From contig JARLIW010000226.1 of the NCBI GenBank assembly GCA_031291515.1, positions 935 through 64,934 on the forward strand: a DNA stretch of 64,000 nt, given 5' to 3'. This document shows positions 1 through 10,682 of the stretch, piece after piece; within the stretch, counting starts at the first letter, position 1, and each line of letters starts with the position of its first letter. Origin of the DNA: Beijerinckiaceae bacterium. GTDB lineage: Bacteria > Pseudomonadota > Alphaproteobacteria > Rhizobiales > Beijerinckiaceae. The translations under genes and the position numbers were made by a program. The notes under the pieces are model-generated. The model was not told the origin of the DNA and did not search any database. It worked only from the letters and a program-made list of their open reading frames with translations.

Positions 1-50
1 ATCGGGAATGACTGTGCTGTTGCTCCGGCGTTTCGGGTTGAGGTCATCGA

Positions 51-383
51 ATGAATAAAGGTTCGCTAACCCAGTCTGCTATCGATCATATTCTGGCGCG
101 GAAAGAGCTTTTTATTTCACCGCGTAAAAATAAGGACAGATTCGATCTTATTCCCGTCTTGCAGTATTGTTTCCGAAGTTATGCTACTTATAAAGATGGT
201 ACGCAACGGGGATTTGGTAGCGGGTTTACTTTGTTTTTTAAGACAGAACGGGAAATTTCACAGTATGATTATGAAAAGATCGATATTGGAAGCAATTCGT
301 TCATTGCATTGGGCGGCGTAGCTGGCCTCGGCCCCGAATATCGGCGGATCGATTGGGGCAACGGGAAATTTTGCTGGGTGTAG
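51..383 (+). CDS. hypothetical protein, AT-rich (probably horizontally acquired)
   Basis: 110-aa ORF, visibly lower GC than flanks; ATG overlaps (ATGA, 51-54) the stop of an upstream frame open to the window edge. Confidence 0.55.
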   Translation: MNKGSLTQSAIDHILARKELFISPRKNKDRFDLIPVLQYCFRSYATYKDGTQRGFGSGFTLFFKTEREISQYDYEKIDIGSNSFIALGGVAGLGPEYRRIDWGNGKFCWV

Positions 384-466
384 AGCCCGCGCCCCTCCAG
401 CCCACATCCACACCTCGCGCGCAAACCCCGCTTCCCATCGCCCCGCGCCCCTGCTATCCCGCCTGC

Positions 467-2269
467 ATGACCACCCATTCCATCGACAACATCCGCAACT
501 TCTCCATCGTCGCGCATATCGACCATGGCAAATCCACCCTGGCCGACCGGCTGATCCAGGCGACTGGCACGGTCGCGGCGCGCGACATGAGCGAGCAGAT
601 GCTCGATTCCATGGATATCGAGCGCGAGCGCGGCATTACCATCAAGGCGCAGACGGTGCGTCTCGAATACAAGGCGCTGGATGGCAAGACCTATATCCTG
701 AACCTCATGGACACGCCCGGCCATGTGGACTTTGCCTACGAGGTCTCGCGCTCGCTCGCGGCCTGCGAGGGCTCGCTTCTGGTGGTCGATGCGAGCCAGG
801 GCGTCGAGGCGCAGACGCTCGCCAATGTCTATCACGCGCTCGATGCCGGCCACGAGATCGTGCCGGTCCTCAACAAGATCGACCTTCCCGCCGCCGAGCC
901 CGACCGGATCAAGCAGCAGATCGAGGATGTGATCGGCATCGATGCGTCGAACGCCGTGCCAATCTCGGCCAAGACCGGCCTCAACATCGATCTCGTGCTC
1001 GAGGCCATCGTCACGCGGCTTCCCCCGCCCAAGGGCGACGAGACCGCGCCGCTCAAGGCGCTGCTGGTCGACAGCTGGTACGATGCCTATCTCGGCGTCG
1101 TCGTGCTGGTGCGGGTGATCGACGGGTCGCTGCGCAAGGGCCAGAAGATCAAGATGCTCGGAACGGACGCGCATTACGAGGTCGACCGGATCGGCGTGTT
1201 CACGCCCAAGATGAAGGATGCCGTGACGCTCGGGCCGGGCGAGATGGGCTTCATCACCGCGCAGATCAAGCAAGTCGCCGATACCCGCGTCGGCGATACG
1301 ATCACCGACGAGAAGAAGGGCTGCGCCGAGGCGCTGCCGGGCTTCAAGCCGGCTCAGCCCGTCGTGTTTTGCGGCCTCTTTCCGGTGGATGCCGCCGACT
1401 TCGAGGATTTACGCGCGGCGATGGGGCGGTTGCGGCTCAACGATGCGAGCTTTTCCTACGAAATGGAAAGCTCGGCCGCGCTCGGCTTCGGGTTCCGTTG
1501 CGGCTTTCTGGGCCTGCTCCACCTCGAAATCATTCAGGAGCGGCTCGAGCGCGAGTTCAATCTCGATCTGATCGCGACCGCGCCGAGCGTGATCTACAAG
1601 ATCAAACTGCGCGACGGCAGCGAGATCGATCTGCATAATCCCGCCGACATGCCCGACCCGACCGTCATCTTGGCGATCGAGGAGCCGTGGATTCGCGCGA
1701 CCATCCTGACGCCCGACGATTATTTGGGGGCGGTGCTCAAGCTCTGTCAGGACCGGCGCGGCATCCAGGTCGATTTGAACTATGTCGGCAAGCGCGCGAT
1801 GGCGACCTACGATTTGCCGCTCAACGAAGTGGTGTTCGATTTCTACGACCGGCTCAAGTCGATCTCGAAAGGCTATGCGAGTTTCGACTACACGATCACG
1901 GATTACAAAGAGGGCGACCTCGTCAAAATGTCGATCCTCGTCAATGCCGAGCCGGTCGATGCGCTGTCGATGCTGGTCCACCGCGACCGCGCCGATTCCC
2001 GTGGCCGCGGCATGGTCGAAAAGCTCAAGGATCTGATCCCCCAGCACATGTTCGTCATCCCGATCCAGGCCGCGATCGGCGGCAAGATCATCGCGCGCGA
2101 GACCGTGCGCGCGATGCGCAAGGACGTGACCGCCAAATGCTACGGCGGCGACGCGACCCGCAAGCGCAAGCTGCTCGAGAAGCAGAAGGCCGGCAAGAAG
2201 AAGATGCGCCAGTTCGGGAAAGTGGAGATCCCGCAGGAGGCCTTCATCGCGGCGTTGAAGATGGAGTGA
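467..2269 (+). CDS. lepA: elongation factor 4 (LepA GTPase)
   Basis: [33 protein letters not shown]-terminal [26 protein letters not shown]; start placed at ATG 467. Confidence 0.98.
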   Translation: MTTHSIDNIRNFSIVAHIDHGKSTLADRLIQATGTVAARDMSEQMLDSMDIERERGITIKAQTVRLEYKALDGKTYILNLMDTPGHVDFAYEVSRSLAACEGSLLVVDASQGVEAQTLANVYHALDAGHEIVPVLNKIDLPAAEPDRIKQQIEDVIGIDASNAVPISAKTGLNIDLVLEAIVTRLPPPKGDETAPLKALLVDSWYDAYLGVVVLVRVIDGSLRKGQKIKMLGTDAHYEVDRIGVFTPKMKDAVTLGPGEMGFITAQIKQVADTRVGDTITDEKKGCAEALPGFKPAQPVVFCGLFPVDAADFEDLRAAMGRLRLNDASFSYEMESSAALGFGFRCGFLGLLHLEIIQERLEREFNLDLIATAPSVIYKIKLRDGSEIDLHNPADMPDPTVILAIEEPWIRATILTPDDYLGAVLKLCQDRRGIQVDLNYVGKRAMATYDLPLNEVVFDFYDRLKSISKGYASFDYTITDYKEGDLVKMSILVNAEPVDALSMLVHRDRADSRGRGMVEKLKDLIPQHMFVIPIQAAIGGKIIARETVRAMRKDVTAKCYGGDATRKRKLLEKQKAGKKKMRQFGKVEIPQEAFIAALKME

Positions 2270-2278
2270 GATCGCGTA
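2153..2278 (+). repeat. lepA 3' end, copy 1 (functional) of an imperfect ~110-125 bp direct repeat
   Basis: Matches 2532-2657, including the post-stop GATCGCGTA motif. Confidence 0.95.
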
Positions 2279-2308
2279 TATTTATCAACGGCGTTAGAGG
2301 ATGGTTCC

Positions 2309-2512
2309 ATGAGCCTTATGCAAAGCGAGGTTTTCGAAGCTTTTCGGGCGATCGATATTCCCGAGGATAAAGCGCTCAAGGCCGCCACCGCTCTGAGCAA
2401 GCGCGACGACGACGTTTCCTCGCTGAAGAGCGAATTGCTCGTCCTGAAATGGATGATGGGCTTCGTGCTGGCTTTTCAGATCGCGATATTCGCGAAGTTG
2501 TTTTTGCACTGA
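2309..2512 (+). CDS. small coiled-coil/membrane-anchored protein (DUF1640/CCDC90-like)
   Basis: 67 aa; GAGG RBS; [17 protein letters not shown] head, short coiled coil, LKWMMG followed by a hydrophobic C-terminal helix. Confidence 0.7.
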   Translation: MSLMQSEVFEAFRAIDIPEDKALKAATALSKRDDDVSSLKSELLVLKWMMGFVLAFQIAIFAKLFLH

Positions 2513-2531
2513 GGAAGACCTTCGCGCGACA

Positions 2532-2657
2532 GCGACCCGCAAGCCGCTCGAGAAGCAGAAAGCCGGCAAGAAGACGATGCGCCAGTTCGGGAAGGTCGAG
2601 ATCCCGCAGGAGGCGTTCATCGCGGCGTTGAAGATGGAGTGAGGGGGGGATCGCGTA
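2532..2657 (+). pseudogene. lepA: displaced, degenerate duplicate of the lepA 3' end (att-like scar)
   Basis: Encodes [36 protein letters not shown]; differs from copy 1 by a 6-bp deletion and 6 substitutions. Confidence 0.9.
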
Positions 2658-2740
2658 CGCGGGGATGACATAAAAAGCTGTCTGATTCCGCGAACCAGAC
2701 AGCCAAGGCTCAGGGCGCTCCTACCGCGCAAATCGGCTCA

Positions 2741-2765
2741 TGCCTTGTCCGGACCGGACGAGGCA
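2741..2765. terminator. hairpin just downstream of the convergent minus-strand gene
   Basis: TGCCTTGTCCGG-A-CCGGACGAGGCA inverted repeat. Confidence 0.5.
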
Positions 2766-2774
2766 ATCAGTAAT

Positions 2775-3092
2775 TTAGTTTCCCCAATCCGCGTATTTTT
2801 CGCAGGTTTTATTGGTGGACTTGCCCTTGGCGGTTTCCGAAAACTTGCCGAGGCTCCCCTTGAAGTCTTCGGGGGTCTCATTCCACATGCAGGTGCACCA
2901 GGCTTCGGCTTTGGTCTGCCCCTTGATGGGGCTCGCTGCTTTTCCGCCTTCATATTGGGTCGCGGAAAATTTGAGGCAGGACGCATACTGCGCATCGCCA
3001 GCCGGCACCGTATTATATTCATCCTCTGCCATCGCCGCCGTGGCGAAACCGAGACCAATTGTAACAAAGGCTGCCTTGAGAAGGAAATTCAC
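2775..3092 (-). CDS. small secreted Cys-containing protein
   Basis: GTG start behind GGAG; signal peptide ..IGLGFATAAMA|EDE; four Cys including WCTCMW. Confidence 0.7.
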   Translation of the reverse strand: MNFLLKAAFVTIGLGFATAAMAEDEYNTVPAGDAQYASCLKFSATQYEGGKAASPIKGQTKAEAWCTCMWNETPEDFKGSLGKFSETAKGKSTNKTCEKYADWGN

Positions 3093-3609
3093 AATCGTAA
3101 CTCCACGTCCTGAAAAGGATCTCACGGATACGTGCAAATTGGCGAGATGACAAGGCTGCTAGGGTCCAGATGGGGGCCGTATTAGATCGTCTTGACATAT
3201 TTTTTATTTCAGGAGCGCTTCGCTTTTTTTGGTAAAATGCCAAAATTACGAAAAATTTTTGCGGTAGCGTGACGGAATTACATTCGAAAACCCATCACAC
3301 TGTCGCTTTAACTTCATATCATTCGCTGCTCAATCCTATTGCGCAACCCCAAGCATCTTGAATCCGCGGCGCGCAAACCATCGCTGCCCTTAAATCCGAA
3401 TATTGTCGCCTTCCTCACGTTTCGCGCTCGTCGAGGCGCGTTCCTCGCCCCCGGTCCTGTCGTAAACCCCACGCGCGCCTTCTCGCCGGGAGGCTGAACC
3501 CACAATTTTCCGAGGCGCGCAACCCTCGCGCCGGCCCGGTGCAGAAATTGCTCTTTCACCCCTCAAAGATCATTCGGGCGCGTGCCGCCCGTCGTCGCGA
3601 GGAGTTTTC

Positions 3610-3846
3610 ATGCCGATTTACGCATATAAGTGCCAAGGCTGCGGCGCCGAATTCGAGACCTTGGTGCGCTCGAACGAGGTTCCCGTCTGCACGTCTTGCG
3701 GGTCCGGCGACTTGCGGCAGCAGATCGGGCAGATAAGCTCGGAGATCAAATATCCGGGCATCGCCAAATCCTGGCGCCAGGCGGCCGCGCGGTCGGGAGA
3801 TCTCTCCAATTTCAGCCGCAAGGAGGGGCGGCCAAAGTCGAATTGA
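3610..3846 (+). CDS. FmdB-family zinc-ribbon protein
   Basis: MPIYAYKCQGCG..FE..CTSCGS signature; AGGAG RBS. Confidence 0.9.
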   Translation: MPIYAYKCQGCGAEFETLVRSNEVPVCTSCGSGDLRQQIGQISSEIKYPGIAKSWRQAAARSGDLSNFSRKEGRPKSN

Positions 3847-4060
3847 AACGAACCCGCGCCAAAGCCCAGCCGCGGAATTGCCGGAACGCGCAACATTTCC
3901 AACGCTCGTGCTGAATCCCTCGCGCCCCCTCTTCTCCTGCCCTCTGCTCTTCGATATAGAGTCGCCTTGACGAGAGGGGCGCGGGCGCTTGGGCCCCGCC
4001 CAAGGGACAAAAAATGTCACAGGACATTGCGGGCGGATCTCTTCCCAGGCGGCGGATGGC

Positions 4061-5974
4061 ATGACGGTGTCCGTTGCGGATGCGCAAGGCACGGCGCCCG
4101 TCGATGCTCCCGAGCATCATCATAAGTCGTCGCTCGCCGCCATGGCGGTCGGATCGATTGGCGTCGTCTACGGCGACATCGGGACGAGTCCGCTTTACGC
4201 GCTCAGGGAATCGCTCGCTCATTCCAAGGTGATCGGCCTCCATGACACCACCGTGATCGGCACGGTGTCGCTGCTGGTATGGGCGCTGTTTTTCACCGTC
4301 ACCGCGAAATACGTGCTGTTTTTGATGCGCGCCGACAACAAGGGCGAGGGCGGCACGCTGTCCTTGATGGCGCTGGCCAATAATTCCCTTGGCCGGGTTT
4401 CCGGCGTCGTTTTCTTGCTCGGCGTCGCCGGCGCCGCCCTGTTTTCTGGCGACGCGATCATCACGCCCGCCATTTCCGTGCTCTCCGCGCTCGAGGGGCT
4501 CGAGCTGATCACGCCGGTCTTCGATCCCTATATCCTGCCGATCACCGTTTTCATTCTGGTGACCCTGTTTTTCGTTCAGCAGACCGGAACGGCGCGCGTG
4601 GCCTCGTTTTTCGGGCCGATCATGGTGATCTTTTTCGCGGTGATCGGTATTTTGGGCGTGATCCACATCGGCGATGCTCCGCGGATTTTCCAGGCCTTCA
4701 ATCCTTGGAACGGTCTGACCTTTCTCTTTAGCCACGGGTTTCTCGGCTTCGTCGTCTTGGGTTCCGTCTTTCTGTCGGTCACGGGCGCGGAAGCGCTCTA
4801 TGCCGACATGGGGCATTTCGGTCGGTTTCCAATTCAAGCCGCGTGGCTCACGTTCGTGCTGCCGGCGCTGTTGCTCAATTATCTGGGGCAGGGCGCGCTC
4901 GTTTTGGCCGACCCCAAGACGGTTGAAAACCCGTTCTTCCTTCTCGCTCCCTCGTGGGCCCTTTTGCCCCTAGTCATTCTCTCGACTGTCGCGACGGTCA
5001 TCGCGAGCCAGGCGGTCATTACCGGGGCGTTTTCGATCACGCGCCAGGCCATTCAGCTCGGTCTGCTCCCGCGCATGCTGATTATGCATACGTCGGAGAT
5101 GCAAGAGGGCCAGATCTTCATTCCCCGCGTCAATCGGATGCTCTTGATCGGCGTTCTCGCCTTGGTTCTGATGTTCAAGAATTCGAGCGCGCTCGCCAAT
5201 GCGTACGGCATCGCGGTGACAGGCACGATGTGCGTCACGACGGCCTTGGCTTTTGTGGTGGTTTGGAAAAATTGGCACTGGCCGATCTGGGCGTCGCTCG
5301 CCTTCATTTCGGTCTTCCTCGCGGTCGATCTTGCCTTCCTCGCCGCCAATCTCGTCAAGGTGATCGAAGGCGGCTGGGTGCCGCTATTGCTCGCCGGGTG
5401 CTCGATGGTCGTGATGTGGACCTGGGTGCGCGGCAATTCCTTGCTGGCGATCAAGACGAAGCGCGATTCGATCCCCTTGCTCGAATTGATCAAGATGCTC
5501 GAAAAGTCGAAGCCGACGCGGGTCGCGGGCACCGCGATCTTTTTGACCAATCAGCCCGAAACCGCGCCTTCTTCGTTGCTGCACAATCTCAAGCACAATA
5601 AAGTGCTCCATGAGCGGATTCTGATCATGTGCGTGAAGACGGAGGGAACGCCGCGCGTGCCCGTTTCCAAGCGCTACGAGATCGAAAAAATCACCGGCGA
5701 TTTCACCAAGGTCATCCTGCATTACGGCTATATGGAAAGTCCGCGCGTCCCCGCCGCTTTGGCGAGCTTGCGTAAATCCGGTTTGAAGTTTGATATTATG
5801 ACGACGTCGTTCTTTCTGGGGCGCCGCACGATCAAAACGTCGCCGACGTCGGGCATGCCCTTGTGGCAAGATAAATTGTTCGTCGCTTTATCGAAACAGG
5901 CCGCAAATGCCACGGACTTCTTTTCCATTCCCTCCGGCCGGGTCGTCGAGCTGGGAGCCCAAGTCACGGTCTAG
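4061..5974 (+). CDS. kup: KUP/HAK/KT potassium transporter
   Basis: [47 protein letters not shown]; many TM helices. Confidence 0.97.
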   Translation: MTVSVADAQGTAPVDAPEHHHKSSLAAMAVGSIGVVYGDIGTSPLYALRESLAHSKVIGLHDTTVIGTVSLLVWALFFTVTAKYVLFLMRADNKGEGGTLSLMALANNSLGRVSGVVFLLGVAGAALFSGDAIITPAISVLSALEGLELITPVFDPYILPITVFILVTLFFVQQTGTARVASFFGPIMVIFFAVIGILGVIHIGDAPRIFQAFNPWNGLTFLFSHGFLGFVVLGSVFLSVTGAEALYADMGHFGRFPIQAAWLTFVLPALLLNYLGQGALVLADPKTVENPFFLLAPSWALLPLVILSTVATVIASQAVITGAFSITRQAIQLGLLPRMLIMHTSEMQEGQIFIPRVNRMLLIGVLALVLMFKNSSALANAYGIAVTGTMCVTTALAFVVVWKNWHWPIWASLAFISVFLAVDLAFLAANLVKVIEGGWVPLLLAGCSMVVMWTWVRGNSLLAIKTKRDSIPLLELIKMLEKSKPTRVAGTAIFLTNQPETAPSSLLHNLKHNKVLHERILIMCVKTEGTPRVPVSKRYEIEKITGDFTKVILHYGYMESPRVPAALASLRKSGLKFDIMTTSFFLGRRTIKTSPTSGMPLWQDKLFVALSKQAANATDFFSIPSGRVVELGAQVTV

Positions 5975-6051
5975 CGCGGGTTTGGACTCGACGCGTCGAT
6001 CAGGAGGTCGATCGAAAACCGCCCTCTTGTCCACAGGTCCGGCCACATCCG

Positions 6052-8796
6052 ATGCGTAAGACCGATCGCGATCAAGCCCCATTCATCGACGATGTCGCGA
6101 TTGCGACCGAGGTGACCAAGCCGTCGCCGATGATGGTGCAATATCTCGCGATCAAAGCCGCCCATCCCGATGCGCTTTTGTTCTATCGCATGGGCGATTT
6201 TTACGAGCTTTTCTTTGGCGATGCGGAGATTGCGGCGAAGGCGCTCGGCATCGTGCTGACGCGCCGGGGCAAGCACGAGGGCGCGGACATTCCGATGTGC
6301 GGCGTTCCAGTCGAGCGCTCCGACGATTATCTCCATCGCTTGATCGAGCAGGGGCATCGCGTCGCGATTTGCGAGCAGATCGAGGATCCGGCCGAGGCGC
6401 GAAAGCGCGGGGCCAAATCGGTTGTCGAGCGCGCCGTCGTGCGCTTGGTGACGCCGGGCACCTTGACGGAAGACCGGCTTCTCGAGCCTGGCCGCGCCAA
6501 TTGGCTCCTCGCGTTCGCGCGAACCAAAAGCGAGGCGGGCGGCTGGCTTTTTGGTTTGGCGGCGATCGATATTTCCACCGGCGCTTTCGAGGTGTCGGAA
6601 GCGCCGCTGGCGTTGCTCGGCAATGAAATCGGGCGGATCGATCCACGCGAAATCATCGTACCCGATGCGATTGCCGCGATCCCCGAGGTCGCGCGTCTGC
6701 TCGCGGAACACAAGGCGCCGGTGACGAAACTCGGCCGCGAGCCCGGTTCCGCCGAGCGCCGTCTGCTCGACTTCTTTGGTTTGGCGACGCTCGAAGGTCT
6801 CGGCGACTTGTCGGGGCCGGAAATAGCCGCCGCGGCCACCGCAATTTTCTATCTCGAGCGCACGCAATGCGGCGCCCGTCCCAATTTGCAGCCACCGCGC
6901 CGGACACGCCGCGCGAGCCATATGGAAGTGGACGCGGCCACACGCGCCAATCTCGAATTGACGCGCACGCTTGCGGGCGCGCGCGAGGGTGCGCTGCTTG
7001 CGGCCATCGACCGGTGCGCGACGCCAGCGGGCAGCCGCCTGCTTGCGGCGCATCTGTCCAATCCGCTGACGGATCGCGGCGCCATCGAGTCCCGGCTCGA
7101 GGCCGTCGCCTTCCTGCTCGAACATCGCGAGCTTCGTGCCGGGATTCGCGCCAATCTCAAGACGGCTCCCGATCTGGCGCGGGCTCTGTCGCGCGTCGGG
7201 CTCAACCGCGCGGGTCCACGCGATCTCGCCGCCTTGCGCGACGGCCTTGGCGCCGCTCGCGCGCTGGCTCTGTCGTTTGACGACGCGGCTTTTCCCTTGA
7301 GCCCGCCGCCGCCGCTTTTGCTCGCCGCGGCGCAAAAGCTCGTTGCGCCCAGCGCCGCGCTGGCGACGGACCTCACCGACGCGCTGAGTGATGCGTTGCC
7401 GTTGCAACGTCGCGATGGCGGGTTCGTGCGCGAGGGCCGCGATGCCGCGCTCGATGAAATGCGGGCCTTGCGTGACGAAAGCCGCCAGGTGATCGCGGCT
7501 TTGCAGGCGCGCTATTGCGACCTCGCCGATACCAAGCGTCTCAAAGTCAAACACAATAATATGCTCGGCTATTACGTGGAGGTGCCGCAGGCCCTGGGCG
7601 AGCGTTTTCTCGAGCCGCCGCTCAACGCGACTTTTATTCATCGTCAAACGATGATCGATGCGATGCGTTTTTCGACGACCGAGCTTGCGGAGCTCGAGAG
7701 CAAGATCGCCGCCGCCGGAGACGGCGCCTTGGCTCGCGAGAGCGCGATTTTCGACGAACTCACGGCCGCGATCATGGCCCAAGCCGCTGATATCGCCGAT
7801 TGCGCCAACGCGCTTGCCGCTATCGACGTCGCCGCCGGTCTCGCCGAACTCGCGGCCGCGCGGGATTGGACGCGCCCGATCATTGAAACGTCTGGCGCCT
7901 TTGTCATCGAGGGCGGCCGTCATCCCGTCGTCGAGGATGCGCTGCGTCTCGTCGGCGAACCGTTTGTCGCCAATCATTGCGACCTTTCCGCGCGCGATGG
8001 CGTTGGCGGCGGCGGCGGGCAGATTGCGGTCGTCACTGGTCCCAACATGGCGGGCAAATCGACGTTTCTGCGCCAGAACGCGCTGATCGCGGTGCTCGCG
8101 CAGATGGGATCTTATGTTCCAGCTACCAAAGCGGTCATCGGCATCGTCGACCGGCTGTTCTCGCGGGTCGGCGCGGCCGATGATCTCGCGCGCGGGCGTT
8201 CGACCTTCATGGTCGAAATGGTCGAGACGGCGGCCATCCTCAATCAGGCGACGCCATCGTCGCTCGTCATTCTCGACGAGATCGGGCGCGGCACGGCGAC
8301 ATTCGACGGGCTGTCGATTGCCTGGGCGGTGATCGAACACTTGCATGAAAAGAACCGGTCGCGGGCCATTTTCGCCACGCATTTCCACGAGCTCACGCAA
8401 TTGACGCAGCGGCTAAGTCGTCTTGTGAACCTCACGTCGCGCGTGGCCGATTGGCACGGCGACGTCGTTTTTCTGCACGAGGTCGTGGCTGGCGCCGCGG
8501 ATCGTTCTTATGGAATTCAAGTCGCCAAGCTCGCCGGCCTGCCGCCCGCCGTCGTCAAGCGCGCCAAGGCGATTTTATCCGAGCTCGAGGCGGGGGATCG
8601 CGGCGCGCCTGTTGCGCGCATGATCGCCGACTTGCCGCTATTTGCCGCCGCGCAGGTGGCGGAGCCGGCGCCCACGGGAGAAGCTGGAAAGCTTCGCGAG
8701 GCGCTCGATGCGATTGATCCTGATGCGCTGACGCCACGCGACGCCCTGGAGGCGCTTTATCGCCTGAAGGCGCTGGCGGAGGATGTTTCTGGGTAA
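6052..8796 (+). CDS. mutS: DNA mismatch repair protein MutS
   Basis: [43 protein letters not shown]. Confidence 0.98.
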   Translation: MRKTDRDQAPFIDDVAIATEVTKPSPMMVQYLAIKAAHPDALLFYRMGDFYELFFGDAEIAAKALGIVLTRRGKHEGADIPMCGVPVERSDDYLHRLIEQGHRVAICEQIEDPAEARKRGAKSVVERAVVRLVTPGTLTEDRLLEPGRANWLLAFARTKSEAGGWLFGLAAIDISTGAFEVSEAPLALLGNEIGRIDPREIIVPDAIAAIPEVARLLAEHKAPVTKLGREPGSAERRLLDFFGLATLEGLGDLSGPEIAAAATAIFYLERTQCGARPNLQPPRRTRRASHMEVDAATRANLELTRTLAGAREGALLAAIDRCATPAGSRLLAAHLSNPLTDRGAIESRLEAVAFLLEHRELRAGIRANLKTAPDLARALSRVGLNRAGPRDLAALRDGLGAARALALSFDDAAFPLSPPPPLLLAAAQKLVAPSAALATDLTDALSDALPLQRRDGGFVREGRDAALDEMRALRDESRQVIAALQARYCDLADTKRLKVKHNNMLGYYVEVPQALGERFLEPPLNATFIHRQTMIDAMRFSTTELAELESKIAAAGDGALARESAIFDELTAAIMAQAADIADCANALAAIDVAAGLAELAAARDWTRPIIETSGAFVIEGGRHPVVEDALRLVGEPFVANHCDLSARDGVGGGGGQIAVVTGPNMAGKSTFLRQNALIAVLAQMGSYVPATKAVIGIVDRLFSRVGAADDLARGRSTFMVEMVETAAILNQATPSSLVILDEIGRGTATFDGLSIAWAVIEHLHEKNRSRAIFATHFHELTQLTQRLSRLVNLTSRVADWHGDVVFLHEVVAGAADRSYGIQVAKLAGLPPAVVKRAKAILSELEAGDRGAPVARMIADLPLFAAAQVAEPAPTGEAGKLREALDAIDPDALTPRDALEALYRLKALAEDVSG

Positions 8797-8797
8797 C

Positions 8798-9310
8798 TCA
8801 ATGCGGCGCGCTGATCACGGATCCTGAAACAGGCGGGGCGGAGGACGTCGCGCTCGAATTGTAAGCCTTGGCCTGCTGAACGGTATCCGTGAAAAATTTA
8901 TTGTCGTCGCCGAGCTTTTCCGTGGCCTGGCATTTGGGCGCGCAGGCGTAGGATTGGCGCTCCATGCCGCGTTGAACGATCAGTGTTTCCGATCCCGCGA
9001 CGACCTGGATGATCGACTCGCTGAGCGGCTTTCCGTTGCTGTCGAGCGCGATGAAATTGGTTTCGCCAAAGGCCTTTGGCGTCAGCACCATCAGCGAGCT
9101 TCGATTGCCGATCATGGTGACGTCGGCGATGGTCGGGTTGCCAATGATGAGCGTTGCCGTTCCCGGAGGCAGATCGACAAGATGCGCTTGGTCGATGACG
9201 ACGCTGATGGTTTTTTCGAGCGACCAAGCGTCGGTTGCCGCGCCCACCACGCCCACAATCGCGAGAAGAATCCCGAGACAGGCTCTTATCCCTGTTTTGC
9301 CGCGAACCAT
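8798..9310 (-). CDS. Tad/Cpa pilus assembly protein, secretin N-terminal-like domain
   Basis: Signal peptide; V.IDQA, LIIGNPTIADV, GETNFIALD, YACAPKC. Confidence 0.8.
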   Translation of the reverse strand: MVRGKTGIRACLGILLAIVGVVGAATDAWSLEKTISVVIDQAHLVDLPPGTATLIIGNPTIADVTMIGNRSSLMVLTPKAFGETNFIALDSNGKPLSESIIQVVAGSETLIVQRGMERQSYACAPKCQATEKLGDDNKFFTDTVQQAKAYNSSATSSAPPVSGSVISAPH

Positions 9311-9358
9311 CTCACACAACTCCGTTACGCTTACTCCGGAAACGATGTCAGAAGGTCG

Positions 9359-9678
9359 ATAATTTTGGGTTAAGCCGATTTCGCCGGGAAGGTGAGACGA
9401 CCGCGGCGGAGGCGGAAAATGGGAAAGACCAAGAACGACGCTCTCCCATTTTGCGGGCGCGTTTTTAACGACTTCTCAAACTTTAGCGTGGCCATGAGTT
9501 CGGAGCGATGTCGCGGCGGGACATTTTTATTTTCGCGGTCTTGCCGTCGAGCGTCGATGGCGGTCCGCCCCTGACGAACATGGACTCTTTGGTCGCGTTC
9601 GGGATCGCAATCCTGGCGAGAGGTCTCGGATGAAATCAGGTCCGCCGCGAAATCTCCGAGATTTTAACGCAAAATCAA
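9359..9678. promoter_or_regulatory. three CtrA-like boxes between the pilus gene and the che operon
   Basis: ATAA-N7-TTAA at 9359-9373; TTAA-N7-TCAA at 9465-9479 and 9664-9678. Confidence 0.5.
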
Positions 9679-9999
9679 TATCGTCTCCGTAAATTCCGAC
9701 GGATTGTGGAGACGGTTGATGTCAAGTGGGTTCAGACGCGACGCATTGTTGACGGGGAATGGCTTCGCGGCGCGCGGTCACCGGTCGGGCGTGGCCGTGG
9801 ACAAGCTTGCCGCGCGGCGTTCTTCTTTTTCCTCTCACATGCGCCAATCTTGGTTGGGCGGACGGGTTGTTGCCATGGTGAAGCTCGCGGTTGCCGTGCG
9901 GCGTGGACTGGCGGACGCCAGATATGATTGCCGCTCGGTGCCGACAAGTCACGATCGGCCCATCATATCTTACGCAAATTCGGGAGGTTTCTGACAGAC

Positions 10000-10302
10000 A
10001 TGGGAACGTATCTTGATCCCAAAGGCCGCACTGTTCTTGCTCTTGAAGAGAGTTTGGACGTCACCCAAGCGGTCGGTCTCGCGGGTTCTCTCCTGTCGTT
10101 GAGGGGCAAGGACATCATCATCGACGCGTCGAGCGTGAAGCACTGCGGCGCTCAATGTGGCCAGGTGCTCTTAGCGGCGAAAACGACCTGGGCCAACGCC
10201 GGAAAGGGCATGCGCTTTGGTAGCGTGTCCCCCGAATTTCTTGAATGCCTGCGCCTTCTCGGACTTACCTCCCATCTTCCCATCGATGAGCACCACCCAT
10301 GA
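10000..10302 (+). CDS. cheS: STAS-domain chemotaxis protein (CheS/CheX-like)
   Basis: LEESLD..DASSVKHCGAQCGQVLLAA..W STAS-like; first gene of the che operon, overlapping the cheY start. Confidence 0.75.
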   Translation: MGTYLDPKGRTVLALEESLDVTQAVGLAGSLLSLRGKDIIIDASSVKHCGAQCGQVLLAAKTTWANAGKGMRFGSVSPEFLECLRLLGLTSHLPIDEHHP

Positions 10303-10664
10303 GCAAGATAATCCTGACCGTCGACGACTCGCGCACGATGCGCGACATGTTAAGAATGGCGCTGACCGCGGCGGGCTTCGAAGTTGTCCAGGCCGAAGAT
10401 GGCGTACATGGCCTCGAAGTCCTCGCCGAGCAAAAGCCCGACGTCATCATTACCGACATCAACATGCCGCGCATGGATGGGTTCAGCTTTATCGAAAACG
10501 TTCGAGAAGATGATCAGTATCGCGCGGTGCCGATCCTCGTCCTGACCACGGAAAGCGATGCCGACAAGAAGCTCCGGGCGCGAACCGCGGGTGCGACGGG
10601 CTGGATCGTGAAACCGTTCGACCCCGTTAAGCTCGTCGATGCCGTCCGGCGTGTGGCTGCCTAA
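10299..10664 (+). CDS. cheY: chemotaxis response regulator CheY1
   Basis: VDDS, DINMPRMDG, LTTE, GATGWIVKPF. Confidence 0.93.
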   Translation: MSKIILTVDDSRTMRDMLRMALTAAGFEVVQAEDGVHGLEVLAEQKPDVIITDINMPRMDGFSFIENVREDDQYRAVPILVLTTESDADKKLRARTAGATGWIVKPFDPVKLVDAVRRVAA

Positions 10665-10682
10665 AACGTTTGGAGTGGCACC

